A stretch of DNA of 64,000 nt from Azolla caroliniana (GCA_043228905.1 JBHGNT010000010.1:15438001-15502000), one strand, 5' to 3'. Shown: positions 51,376-64,000, counted from the stretch's first letter. The notes: a model not told the origin generated them from the sequence alone. Made by a program: numbers and translations.

Positions 51376-54300
51376 TTACTTGTCCGTTGGTCCTATCGGA
51401 CCCTTACCGGCCTCATTCTCCCCAGTTACCGGCATGCCGTCTTCTTCGTCTTGGTGGTTGCCGTTCCCCTCACAGGTTGCCGTTTCCTCACCGGTGTCGG
51501 TCCTTTGCTCAAATGGGTTCTTAGGCATTGGTCCTCTATATGGCTTCAATCGGAATCCGTTGACCCATTTGCCTAGCACTTCGCCGGCAAGTGTCCCTAA
51601 CTGGTAGGACCCATTATACTCACGTGTCAGCCAATACGGTCTGGTCCATCTAAACCGTAGTTTACCCGGCATCTTGCCCATCCGGGTCTGAAATACTAAC
51701 ACCGGTTTGCCGATTGCGAACATTTTTTCGTTTCCTTTCCTGTGCCAGTCGACAAATGCTTTCCGTCGCCATTGTTCCAATTCTAAGTGTAGGATGCTTG
51801 CTAGTCGTTGTTCCTCGAGTTCACACAGCACTGTTAACCGTATTGCCTCCGACTCCTTCTCGTTCAGCCGTTCCCGTAGCTGGATCCGTAAGCTGGGTAC
51901 TTGGAATTCCACCGGCATTACCGCCTCTAGTCCGAACGCTAACCGGAACGGTGTTGTTCGGATGCTCGTTTTGTATGCCGTTCGGTATGCCCAAAGCGCG
52001 CTATGTAGCTTGGTATCCCAATCCGTTCGGTTTTCGTTGACGATCTTCCGGAGGATATTCTGGAGCGTTTTGTTCGTCGATTCTGCTAACCCGTTCGCTT
52101 GCGGATAGTATGGTGTGCTTCGTTTATGGACAACGCCATAGAATGTCGTCAGGCTTTCAACTACTTGGCCGAGAAAGTGCCCCCCTTGGTCGCTTATTAA
52201 TTCGATTGGGCATCCATAACGGCACCAGATGTACTCGTATAGAAATTTCGCCGTTGACGCAACGGTGTTGTCTCTTAAGGCTTTGGCCTCCACCCATTTC
52301 GTGCAGTAATCCGTCGCGACGATGATGTACCGATTACCCATTCTCATTGCTGGTGGTTTAAACGGTCCAACAAAGTCCAGCCCCCACTTCTGGAATGGCT
52401 CGAGTACCGCATTCTTTTGCGTACCATACCGCATCTCTTAATGTCGTTGGCCACCATAGGCCACTTTGCCATATTTTCCTGGCCGTCGCATCTCTTGCAT
52501 AGTGACCTCCGGCAACTCCGCAGTGGGCTTCCCTCAGTATCAGGTCCTTTTCATCGCTGCACACAACTCGTCTCCATATGCCATCCGCGCCCTTGTGGTA
52601 AAGTGTGTTTTGCAGTAAGTAGAAATGTTGGCTTTGCACCGCCATGCGTTTCCGTTCGTCCTGGTTCATCTCTTCCGGAGGCAGTCCTGTGCTCAGAAAC
52701 TGGTGCATGTTTGTGAGCCACTTGTCTTCCTGTGCCACTATCTCATCTGTTGCCATTTCCGTAGTGACTCGAAACAGCTCCGCATCCGGAAACTCATCCG
52801 CTACTCCGTCACCCGTCTCTCCGGACTCTAATCGGCTTAAGTAATCCGCCACGGCATGCTGTATACCGGGTCGGTGGAATATTTCAAACTCGAATTCCTG
52901 TAACAGTAAGGTCCACCGGGCCAATTTGCCGGTGAGTGACGCTTTGGACACCAGGTAAAGGAGTGCCGAATGATCTACATGGAAGGAAAACTTCCTTCCC
53001 AATAAATAATGCCGAAACTTTGTCACACTATAGATCATCCCTAGAGCTTCCCGTTCCGTGGTAGAGTAGTTCCGTTCTACTTGGGATAGCTTTCGGCTGG
53101 CATAGTACACTGGCCGGTACCACTTTGGCTCCGTAAGCTGCATCAGTACGCTTCCGATTGCGATGTCGGAGGCGTCCACGAACACATGAAATTCTTTACT
53201 CCAATCCGGAGGCTGCACTACCGGTGCTTGTGACAATAGTACCTTGAGGGCCCTATACGCCCTATCCTCGGTGTCGGTCCACTGGAATGGTGTCCGATGT
53301 ACGGTGGCATGCAACGGTGTAGCTAGGTCGGCCAAGTATCAGAGCATCCGGCTGTGCCACCGGATTTGGCCTAAGAAACGGCTTAATTCCTTTGCCGTTG
53401 CCGGCGCCGGTGCTTCTAATATGGCTTTCACTTTGTCCGGGTCGACTGCAATACCTTCCTGGCTCACAATATGTCCTAATAAAGTTCCACTGGACACGCC
53501 AAATACACACTTTGCCGGATTCAAGCTTAGCCGGTACGCTCTACACTTTTCTAGACAAAGACAGAGGTGCTGAAAATGGTCCTCCTCCCAGCTATAGACG
53601 ACGAAATCGTCAAGGAAAACCTGCATAAAAGCCAGAATATATTCACCAAAGATTTCCATGATGATTCGTTGAAATGTTGCCGGTGCCGTTTTGAGTCCGA
53701 ACATCATCACCACGGCCACAAACACCCCCCATTCGGTGACGAAAGCCGTTTTGTCTTGGTCGTCGGGGTGCATTCGGATCTGATTATACCCGCGGAATCC
53801 GTCTAGGAAGCTATAGACCTCATGGCCGGCGACGGCATCCAACACTCCATCTGTGAACGGAACTGGAAACACATCCGTTACCGTAGCTGCATTGAGTTTC
53901 CGGTAGTCCACACAAACTCGAATTTTTCCGTTCTTCTTCGGTACGATTACGATTGGGCTCAACCATGTCGCTTTCTTTACCGGATGGATAAAGCCAACTC
54001 TTAGCAGTTTGTCGATTTCCTCCTTGACTTTGGCGGCATAATTGGGATTCATCCGGTACCGTCTTTGTGCCACTGGTTTTGCGTCCTTGCTCAAGTGAAC
54101 CTGATGCTGGTATAACTAAGGGTCGAGTCCTCGCATGTCCTCGTATGACCAGGCGAACACATCGCGAAATTCCGTGAGAAGTGTGATCATCGCCGTTTTG
54201 TCCTCGGACTTCATCTCCTTGGCGATGTGCACCGGTTTTGCTTCGTCCGTGGTCCCTAGGTTCACCTCTTCCAGTTGCGACGCTTTTACGCACTGTGAAA

Positions 54301-57300
54301 CGGCCATTTCCCATTCCAACGCTTCCTGCGCTTGCCGTAACTCCCGGATTGCGTCTTTATCCGGTTCTGCTTCAGCCTCTTCCGGTTGCGGTAAGTATGG
54401 TGCTACTGCTTCGGCAATGTCAATTTCGAAGAGGGGTATGATCTTCGGGTTTTCCTGCAAGTACTGAGCTTCTTCTTCGTCAGCTAACCCTTCTAGCATG
54501 TTGACGCACTCTGCATACAACGGTGTACATTCCTTGCCAGTGCTCGTCCTTGGCTGTGTTGGTACCCGTACCTTGGCTTTTCCTCGCCGGAAGGTAATTA
54601 TATTTTTCCTCCAATTCTGTTTGATATGTGCCGTTTTCAACCACGGCCGCCCCAGCAATAGCGGGTATGCGCCTTGTGCTTGTAATTGTAGCACTATTGC
54701 CGAGATGTGAAATGTATGACCGCCCACGGTGACTTCTAATTTCCGTATTAATCCTGTCGGCCGCACTAAGCTTGTATCGGCCATCCCACGGCCGCCCCAA
54801 CAATAGCGGGTATGCGCCTTGTGCTTGTAATTGTAGCACTACTGCCGAGATGTGAAATGTATGACCGCCCACGGTGACTTCTAATTTCCGTATTAATCCT
54901 GTCGGCCGCACTGAGCTTGTATCGGCCATCCCACGGCCGCCCCAGCAATAGCGGGTATGCGCCTTGTGCTTGTAATTGTAGCACTACTGCCGAGATGTGA
55001 AATGTATGACCGCCCACGGTGACTTCTAATTTCCGTATTAATCCTGTCGGCCGCACTGAGCTTGTATTGGCCATCCGTAACCAGAATGGACACGGCTCCC
55101 ACTCGTGGATTCCTAGGGCATCACACGTTCGGAGGCTTATTACATTAACCCTGGAGCCTCCGTTTATAACTGTGCCGGGGAGTTCTTTCCCTTTTACAAT
55201 GGTAGTGATTACCGGACTGTTGGTGTCCACCACCGTTGGTCCCTCCTCCGGATTCGAGAAGAGTACCGGTGCCGGTGATGATTCTCCTGCCGTCATGGCC
55301 GTCTTCAAACCTTCCGTGAATCTTGGCACGAGTTGTAGGAGTCTTCCTAGTCGCAGCGTAATTTGGCATTCTTGCAACGCCTGCCATGTCTCGTTCTCGG
55401 AGTGACTGCCGCCGGCAAGCCCTACGGTGTTCTCCTTTTGCCGCTGTAAGTCTATGACATTCTGGTCGTTTGCTTTCTTCACCCATTCCGTTGCTTGCTT
55501 CCGGATGGTCTCCTGCGTCTCCCATTCCTTGGCCATGCCCTTCGACCTTGTGGTCACCTGCTGTAGATCTGCCACCTCAGGGACTACCATATTTACCGCC
55601 GGTCGTTTTTCATAGCTCTTCACCGGGCATTGATTACTATAATGGCCTTCCTGTCGGCAGTAGTAGCAGTAGGATTTTCGGGTATTGCTGGATTCAGCAT
55701 TGTCTATTGTACCCGAGGCAGGTCCTGTGGTACGCGCGGGGTTTTGGGCCGGTTGGCCGCTTGAAGCTCCTTGTTTCGGATCCCGTGGGTAGCCGCCTTT
55801 TTTGAAATGCCGTTTTTTGTTATAGCTCTTCATATTGCGGTACTCTTGACGAGGTTGCCCGTTATATTTGCCGTATTCCTCCCGTTGCTGACGATACCCG
55901 GGGGAGTGCTCCCGGTCGTAATGTTCGTATCGTCTATTGTAATCCCGGTACTGATCATGCCGGTCATAGTTATCCCGCCGATCACCGTACCAGACATCAT
56001 TCTCCCGTCGATTGCCATACCGGACATCCTGTGCCGGTCGGTCGCAGTCCATTCGCCGCCAGCATTCCTCTTCTTCATCCTGGTTGCTGTGTGGCTCAAT
56101 TTGTCGGACGGGCGGTGCTTGCCGGTTCAATAGATTATACTCGCACCTATCCGTCGTATGGCCCTTGGATTGACAGATTACACATTGCGTCCTCATAGTG
56201 CATTCTAGAGCCGAGTGTTCGGAATTCAAGCAGGTTGTGCACTGTATTGCTTGCCGAAACCGGAGGACTTCATCGGACGGTAATGCCCATTGGAGTGCTC
56301 CCAGTGTGAGCCAGGAGCTTGTCTTTTCCATCTCTCTCACCCGGTCAATGACCTGGTCGATGGTACTTGTGCAGAAATCAATTACCGTGCAAACCGTGGG
56401 TAGGGGTTCCCGGAGCGCGTTTAGGAATATGGTCCGTAATTCCTCCTCCGGGGGTGCGCGGGCAAGCTGACTATGCATCTGTTGAAACCAGATGACAAAC
56501 TGGGGAATGCTCTCCCCTGCCTCCTGTCGGATGGTATAACATAAGCCTACCATTACGGTCTGGTCCACCTCCTTTTGGAAAAAATGCAAGAATTTAGCTT
56601 TTAAATCTGCAAAGGTGTTGATGGTAGACGGGTCCTGCGTCCGACGCCATCTTGCTGCTGGTCCCTCCAATGTGACGCCAAATTCCGCTATCTTAGAGCG
56701 TTCCTCTTCATCCGGGGTCAATCGCTTGGACACATGGTTGGCTTCCCATGTCTGTTCAAAGGCGTGCACATGAGCTTCCGCGTCCGGATCATCTCTATAC
56801 TTGGAGTACTGGAACGACATGTCGTCGTCCGGTATCGGTGCGCGAGCTGGCAGTGTTGGTGCTCGTTCCGGGATTTTCTCCGGCGTTGGTGGTCTTTCCT
56901 CTTCTTTTGGTGATGGAGGCCTCTCCTCTTCAACTTCCGGTGTCGGAGGTCGCTCTTCCTCTGCTGGTTCCGGGGGTTCCAGCGTTAGCACTTCCTGTTC
57001 CGGTGTCGGTAAGGTATCCGATCCTTCGTCCTCCGGTCCGCCCGGGGTTTCGTTGCTGCTACGGTAGATCGTGTGCACGCTGTATTCCCCTTCGGAGTCC
57101 GATTCATACGCTGGAAAGGCTTCTGCTTCTCCTTCTCCGTTTGCCAACGCCTGGAGAAGGGATTCAGTTTCCCGGAGGCTGCTTAGGCTGCTGCCGTCAT
57201 CCGGGTGCGATGTTTGCTGTAACCAGAGGGAGTTCTCCGCTACTCTCCAGATTACGTTGGAAAACGAGTGATCCGCTCTAATTTCCTGCGCCGCTTGCTG

Positions 57301-57378
57301 GAAAGCCTCACGTCTCCTTTGCCTTTCGGCAAGGCGTCGAGTTCGATCTGTAACCAGGTCGTGCGTTGATCTAGTCAT
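51376..57378 (-). pseudogene. Gypsy gag-pol with stops and frameshifts
   Basis: CCHC knuckles (CYYCRQEGHYSNQC), degenerate protease VINGGS, RT RVCVDYRKLN..FLDDF, RNase H FVDASD, integrase WGLDFVGPF..ISDQG..NGLAE. Confidence 0.92.
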
Positions 57379-58044
57379 CCATCCGTGCCGTCGTTCGCTG
57401 CAAAAACAGCAATCGTGGTCGCCAAAAACTGTGTTAACTCTTAGGGCCGGACAATGGCCTAACACAGGGTGTCTACGGAAGACACTTCACCAAAGGGGTG
57501 TTACGGCAACAAGATTAAGCTCAACGATTAATCCGACTTAATTAGGTTACTTAGCATGATCGTCTTTAATAATCACACGCGTAAGATATAACAATGAATG
57601 CAGAACGGCAATTAACACAGAGAGATAACACCACTAAGCTTTATTAATTAACCGCTGTTCATTACATTGTATCCGGGCCTTTAAATAGGTTTCCGGTCTG
57701 TATTACAAAACGGTGCCATCTGCACCTGTTTGGGATCGGTCCGGATCCGGAACGGCATACCGATTCCGGTCCGTCTGTCCCCACTCATAGCTTACTTACA
57801 ACCATTCCTACTAATTAAATAACTCCTCGTTTCACACTCTGGACTCCTTTGCCGGCCGGTAACACATGGCATGCCCGTGGGACAGTACCTTGTACGTCGA
57901 ATCCACAACCGACCCTTGCTATTCTTCGTCCAAAATATCCAGAATGCTTTGTTCAAGAGTCTCCAATGGTTCATCATCCAAGCTAGGAACTTCCAATTTC
58001 AATCTACACTACATGAATTTGGATTTAGTACAAGGATGCATATG

Positions 58045-58099
58045 TAGCTTAATTGGTATGGTTGCCCAATAGAGACCATGAGGTCTTGGGTTCAATCCC
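58045..58099 (+). promoter_or_regulatory. tRNA-like Pol III A/B box pair inside the chromovirus LTR
   Basis: tagcttaattgg (58045-58056) and ggttcaatccc (58089-58099) at tRNA-like spacing. Confidence 0.55.
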
Positions 58100-58631
58100 T
58101 CCCTTCCTCCGTGGCATATGTCTATGACATTATCCTCCTTCTAAGGCCACCTCTTAACACCTGTGGTTGGTTTATGAGGGTATTTTCGTTGATGAAAAGC
58201 GCAAATTGCCTCCAACGCATTTTGTAAATGTGCAACTGGTTCCCATGTGGCGTCCGAAAGAGGGCAACCTTTCCATAAGACCAAGTATTGAAGTCTTTGC
58301 CAACGCAAGTGGGAGTCGAGGATCCGGTTAACCTCGTACTCCTCACCTGTCGATAATTCCACGAGCGGCGGCGGCGTAGGTTGTCGTCCTGGAATGCGAG
58401 AAGGATGGTAGAGTTCGAGGAGAGAGATGTGGAAAACATTGTGAAGCCGAAATGTGGGGGGAAGTGCTAATCGGAAGGCGACTGGGTTAATGCACTTGAG
58501 GATACGGAAGGGGCTTAGCTTTTTGTAGTCGAGCTTCGTGCAGGGACGGGTGGTTGCGATGTGGCGACGTTGCAGCCAAACCATGTCACCGACTGCGAAG
58601 GTTGGCGTGACCAAGCGATGCCGGTCAACGT

Positions 58632-61600
58632 TGTCGCGTTGCTACGCGCGTGCGTGGAGAAGGGCGGGACCACGGGGGTCTTGGACTAAGGAGTAGAGGA
58701 GAAGGAATCGGACATGGAATGGAAGCTTTGCTCAAGAAGAAGAAGAATGAACAAGAGATTAGATCGAACAAGATTATCAACAAGATATATTAAAACGAAA
58801 GGAACGATTACAAAACGGTGTCCTGGTATTCCTCGCGGATGCGTGGAATGAGGCGGGGCCTCGGGGGTCTCGTACCGAAGAGCAAGAGACAAAGGAGAAG
58901 GGAAGGGACCCACTACGTGTGGGCGTAGATTCACAGGGGCACAACCCTTCGACACAAAGACGCGAGTGCAACACCGACGCAGAGAGACACAAATGTATGT
59001 ATATATATATATTAACAAGGACAAACAACAAGAAGCACGAAGTCGGTTACAACCGAACAAGCCGGCGAACAGATGCCGAAGAGCAAGAGACAAAGGAGAA
59101 GGGAAGGGACCCACTATGTGTGGGCGTAGATTCACAGGGGCACAACCCTTCGACACAAAGACGCGAGTGCAACACCGACGCAGAGAGACACGAATGTATG
59201 TATATATATATTAACAAGGACAAACAACAAGAAGCACGAAGTCGGTTACAACCGAATAGGCCGGCGAACAGATGTCGATGCCTGTTCGTAAACGCTCAGG
59301 AAGAAAGGAGTAGGTTGGAGGTGCTGCCAGAAGCACTCGGGCATTCCTCAGAGCAGCGCGAGCCTTCCGAAACCCTGCACCGAAAGAAGCTACGGAGTAT
59401 GGAAGAGAGAGAAGCCTTCGGCCGACAACCCGACAACACTTCGTCCTCTCTAACCGTGATCCCCTTCCTCTTCCCCGTCTCCCTCCTTTTATAGGCAAGA
59501 AAGGAGCCGTTTCCCATTAACTTCCTACCTACCGAATCTACCTACCTAGGATCTTCTATGTACCTAATTCTCTCTTATGTACAACATAAGACGTACGTGC
59601 ATGAAGAGCCGGTTCCTACGCTCCGGTGCACCGATTCCGCTTGTGGACGGTTTTCTTCACGACATCCGCCCCCACCTAACCGCGCATCCACCGGCATGCG
59701 CCAAATTGAGTTGGGACGGAGAAAACCGGTCCAACCTTCATTCCCCGCCCGTCGGTTCTTCCTCGGTTTCGGATCGTTTGTTGTCGCGGTCCAGGTTAAC
59801 CGGATCCGGCTCGTCGTCATGACGCTTCTTGAACGCTTTGATCTGTTTCCCAGCTACCGGTATCGCCATTCTCGTGCTGTCGAGTTCCGCTAGATGGTAC
59901 GTCCCGTTGTCGTTGGCGCTTTGTACCACGTAAGGCCCGAACCACCTTCTTGCGAACTTCCGCGTCGCTCGGTGCTGGTTGTCGAGGCTGCTGTCGTACA
60001 CTAGCACCCAGTCGCCTTCCTCGATCTTCTTCGGTCGGAGCCAGTGCGTCCGATCGAACCGGGCTTTGTTCCTCATCCTTGCCACCCGAAGCTTTCCCGC
60101 AGCCTGCTCCACGTCCTCCGGTCTTCGCTCGAGCTGTCGTATACGCGCCGCCAACAGTTCCTCCTGGCTCATCTCGTCTCTCCAGTCCACGGTTGCCCAT
60201 GAGGAGATCGTACGTTCCATCGGCATGATCGGCTTCTGCCCAAACATGAGCTCTGCCGGCATGAATCCGGTCACCGAACTGTGCGTAGTTCGGTCAGCCC
60301 ACAACGCGTAAGGCAGCAGCCGCAGCCAGTTCCCGACTTGCCCTCCGCATGCCCGAACTAACGCCTTGACGATCGGTCCGTGTCCGTGCTCCACCTTCCC
60401 ATTTGCCTCCGGATTGTACGCAGTGGTAAACGAGAGCTTGACTCCTTGCCGGTCGAACAGCTCCTCAACCTCTTCGGCGTCCAACTCCCCGCGATCAGCC
60501 ACGATCTTCCCGACGCACCCGTACCGTCATATCACGTCCTCAATCAGGAACCGACATACGACTGCGGTCGTTTTGTTCTGAAGGGCTCGGTCTTCCACCT
60601 GGTTCGTCAGATCTTCCCGAGCCAGGACCAGATACCGCATCTGTTCCATTCCCATCGGCATCGTCACCAGATCTACCATCCATTTGAAGTGGATGGTAGG
60701 AGGGTACGTAGGGTGAAGCTCGTCCCGCTGTCGGACTATGGAGTGCATCTGACAGCTCTCGCAAGTTGTCACGAACCGATGCACGTCCCGGTACAGTCTC
60801 GGCCACCAGTACTTCCCCTTTATCTTCTCGAACGTGGCCCACGTTCCACGGTGACCAGCCCAAGGGCTGTCGTGGTAGGCCGTCAGCAGCTCCTCCTGTT
60901 CTTCCTTCATCGCCACCACCCAGAGCGGGACGTCGTTCCTCTTCTTCGGGTGCTTCCATAAGTATCCATCCCGGAGAAAGAATCGATATGCTTTCTTCCG
61001 GATCCGGTTGGTCTCGTCCCTCGTCCATGACGCATCCGGCGTCATGGTCCTTAAGAAACCACTGATCTGTAGCCACTCGCCGTCGTACTTGCTCTCGTCG
61101 AAGCCGTTGAGTGCTGGAGTGCTCGTCCCATCGGTCGTCACGTACGCTGCCTCGAAGAAGTCCACCCCGACTTCTTCGTCCTCCGAAACCATGCCGCCCT
61201 CGTCATCAAACCTCGCCCTCGAAAGCATGTCGTCCATGGCGTTGTCCTTTCCGGGTCCAGGGACTTGATGTATGCTATCCACCTGAGCATCGCCAGGTCC
61301 AGTGTCGCGCATCCGGAAACCATGCCGAGAATTGGCAGGCAATCCGTCTCGATAATCACTTCTGTCCCAATCATGTAGTCTTTGTCGGCCTTTACTGCCG
61401 AAATGATACCCCAGAGTTCGCGTTTAACCTGGGCGTACCCTCGCTGTCGCTCACTGAGGACCTTTGCGCCGAATCGGATCGGGAACCGAATGCCGTCCTT
61501 GTCTTCTTGGTTGACGACCCATCCGATCCCGGTCGGACTCGTATCCATTGTTATGTATACCGGGGTACCCTTCCCGTAGACAACCTTCCGGAGCGCCGGT

Positions 61601-64000
61601 GCTGCCGCAAGAGCTTCCTTCAGCTTCCGGATCGACTCCGTGTGCTCGTCTCGCCACTCGAATTTTCGCCCCTTCTTCAGCAACCCGTATAGCGGCTCCG
61701 CAACGTGGGCGTAATGCGGGATCCATATGTGGTAGAATGCGCATGCCCCCAGGAACCTCCGAACTTCTGTAACCGAGCTACAGTCGGTCTTCATCGCGGA
61801 GATGGCTTCTACCTTTGCCGGAGACGGCTTCTGGCCATATGGTCCACATAGGTGTCCGACCACCAGGATTTCTGATTGCCCGAAGGCCGATTTCTCCCCG
61901 GAGAAGGTGAGCCTCGCATCTTCTAGCCTTTGTAGCACCCTCTCGCAGTCGTCGATGTGCGCTGCCACGAATCGCCGGCATCCGTCCGGCCCGAGTGTCT
62001 CGTCCTTCTCTTCCACCGGGCACCCCTTTATCGGGATGTCGTCTAGAAATGGCACGGTGATGTCCGGGATGCAATCCCTCAGTACCTTGTTCATTGCATT
62101 CACCATGTGGGCCACCGAGTTGGTCCCTCCTTGTGGCAGGGTACACATTCGCACTAGGCCGAGGGGAGTTCGCATTGTCGTAATGTTTCTGCTCTCCACG
62201 GCTAGCTGGAACTGGTCGTACCCCGAGTACAGATCACCGACCGAGTAAATCGACCTTCCGGAGAAGGCCTCCGCGAACTCTTCTATGGTCAGTCCGATTC
62301 CTGCGTTCCGAATGGTCACTCTGTTAACCGGCTGCAGGTCTTGAATGAAGCGCAATGTTCCGTTTCTTTTTGGTACGGTAAACCATCGGTTCGAGTATGG
62401 GGCACTTGACGGTTCGAGAATGCCCATATCGACTTTCTGCCTCAATAGCTCCATCAACTTCGGGATGTGAGCTCTCGGTACCGGAATCGGCTTGAGATTC
62501 CACGGTACATGCGGTACCGTGAATATTACCATCGGCTCCACGATTGTCGGGTCTACGCACCCGATCTCTTCTGGTGAGAACGCGAAGGCTTTCCCTTGCC
62601 TTCCGAGCATCCTCCGAAACCGGTCTTCCTCCGCCGGCAGTAGGAACCTGCCCCCCACCTATTTTGAGCTCCCGGAGCGTCCCGTCGGTGAAGGTGTGTC
62701 CTATGCGGTCCGGATCTCGTAAACTGGGGTCCGACACAACCCCTCTGATTCGGGATTCGTTGCCCTCCGGTAAGGGTGCCGCGACTGGCCTTACCTTCCG
62801 ATCCACAGTCTTGTACTTCGTGCTAACTCGGGCCGTCCGATCCGACTCAAGCCCCTGACTGAAGTTCGTGATGACTTCATACATCTCTTCGGAACATACC
62901 GGTATCGTCCAGTCTTCGTTAAGGTCTTCTCCGGCTACCTTCCTCAGCATCCCCAAGGTGTCGTCGAAGGAGACCGCCTCCACGGCTCCGCTGATTTCCT
63001 CGTCCGGGCCGAGAATTCCGCACGCTCGAAGTCGCATTTCCGCCCTTGCCTTCTCTCGGCCAACGATGCCGACTATCATACACCCTCCGTTGTTGGAGAA
63101 GCAAAATTTTTTACCTATCGTACAGCTGTGGGGTCTTTCCCGAGTGTCCGGATTGTCTCGGCCCCACGCCTTGGCAGCCCTCTCTAAAAATCCTCCCGGT
63201 TCTCGCCACCGAGGGATTCGCGGTTTCGCTCGTGGTTCGGTCGCACCGTCAGAAATTGGACCGAATGGCGCCCGTCCTGGCTTTTGACCCTCGCGTAGGC
63301 CGAACCGTTGTCTAGCACCTTGGTCTCCATCCGCGCCGCCGTGATGTATGGTTCCCCTAATATGACCGGGTGCGAGGACGTCTCCTGTACGAAGAAGTGC
63401 TGGTCAATCTCGACGTCGCCGATCTTGACTCGCACGTTCGGGCAGGCCCCGTGCAACTCCTCGGTGGCGCGCGTCGCCGCCCTTATCTTCCACCCGTGCT
63501 TGGTGTTGATCGGCCACTTTCCCTTCTTATAGAAGTCTATGGACATCAGGTTTATTTCCGAACCGTGGTCCACCAGCGCCACCACCGGTTCCTGAACATC
63601 TCTGATCTTTACCGGGGTCTCCGTGGTCGCTCGGGCCCAGTGTGGCCTCGAATAGTGGCTCTCCGCCCACTCATGTTCCAGCGCCAAGTCGTCGATGTGC
63701 GTCGTCCGCACCTCCACCGGTCTTTCCGGTTCCGTCTCCGTCGACAGCCTCTTCCGCTTCACCAAGTCCACGATGGAGTCGTGGAACTCCTTCTTAGCGA
63801 TCCATAGCACCCCCCGCAATGACAGCTCCACTTTGCTGTCGAGGATCCGTTCCTCTAGGACCTTTCGTAGGTCCGTGGTCCTTTCTATTTCCGTCCCCAG
63901 TCAGTATCCGCCCTTCCTGGGGTTATCTTGCGCGCTGGACCCACCAGCTTCGTTCCGTCGTTGCCCGAATCGGGTCTCGTATCGTTGTGAGGGCCCGGCC
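58632..64000 (-). mobile_element. Gypsy LTR retrotransposon of a fungal-like (Ylt1-type) lineage, with 3' LTR at about 58632-59664; runs off the window
   Basis: PPT taggtgggggcgga next to LTR start tgtcgtgaag. Protease ALVDHGSEINL, RT VPHVPW..PYSNRWFTVPK..FLDD, RNase H MDTSPTGIG, integrase YNPEANGKVE and ARRWFGPY. The lineage assignment is an inference. Confidence 0.9.
59738..63831 (-). pseudogene. Protease and RT-RNase H-integrase frames of the fungal-like Gypsy element, with several frameshifts
   Basis: ORFs 63184-63831, 62324-63079, 61138-62658, 60527-61342 and 59738-60502 carry the motifs listed for the element. Confidence 0.88.

Larger units (their letters stand above)
47805..57976 (-). 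mobile_element. Full-length non-chromoviral Gypsy LTR retrotransposon (about 10.2 kb) with an extra 3' ORF
   Basis: LTRs 47805-48349 and 57432-57976, with about 12 differences in 544 bp. Imperfect TSD tgcaa/tccaa. PBS-like tggcgacc near 57424-57417. Order is gag, PR, RT, RH, INT. Confidence 0.93.
47579..58631 (-). mobile_element. Chromovirus 3' end (integrase C-terminus, chromodomain, PPT) with its roughly 375-bp 3' LTR split into 47579-47804 and 57977-58129
   Basis: ORF 58141-58614: KLDYKKLSPF, LHNVFHISLLE, EEYEVNRILDS..QYLVLWKG..DATWEP. PPT agaaggaggataa lies next to the LTR start. LTR termini tgtca and tgaca. Confidence 0.85.

Noticed and set aside
58040-58112. Functional tRNA gene
   Set aside because: A and B boxes are present, but I cannot fold convincing acceptor and anticodon stems, and it lies inside an LTR.
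49011-63807. Numerous plus-strand ORFs opposite the Gypsy coding regions
   Set aside because: Shadow ORFs expected in GC-rich coding DNA, with no independent motifs.

Overview
Repeat-rich nuclear DNA from a land plant, most likely a non-seed lineage (inferred from intron style and transposon types). The only intact host gene I can reconstruct is a 14-exon, roughly 705-aa PHO1-family SPX-EXS phosphate exporter (minus strand, 2990-9032). The rest is transposon-derived. It contains a near full-length L1 LINE with a short inverted sibling, a second decayed L1 with nested insertions, two 5'-inverted L1 stubs, two hAT DNA transposons with exact 8-bp target-site duplications (TSDs), and a four-level nest of Copia and Gypsy LTR elements running off the right end. 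The most striking item is the hAT at 39596-44509. It carries a near-complete, intronless, stop-free copy of 40S ribosomal protein S7 (RPS7) with its 3' UTR, lying antisense inside what looks like the 5'-UTR intron of its own transposase gene. A second, non-autonomous hAT with the same CAGTGTTG ends (26543-29116) shows a parallel layout with different gene-like cargo, which suggests a gene-capturing 'Pack-hAT' family. Other notable signals are a GGATTTT-plus-hairpin -1 frameshift site between protease and RT in a fungal-like Gypsy element, tRNA-like Pol III cassettes inside LTRs and introns, and repeated tandem duplications with microhomology junctions. All calls were made by eye and no database searches were run.
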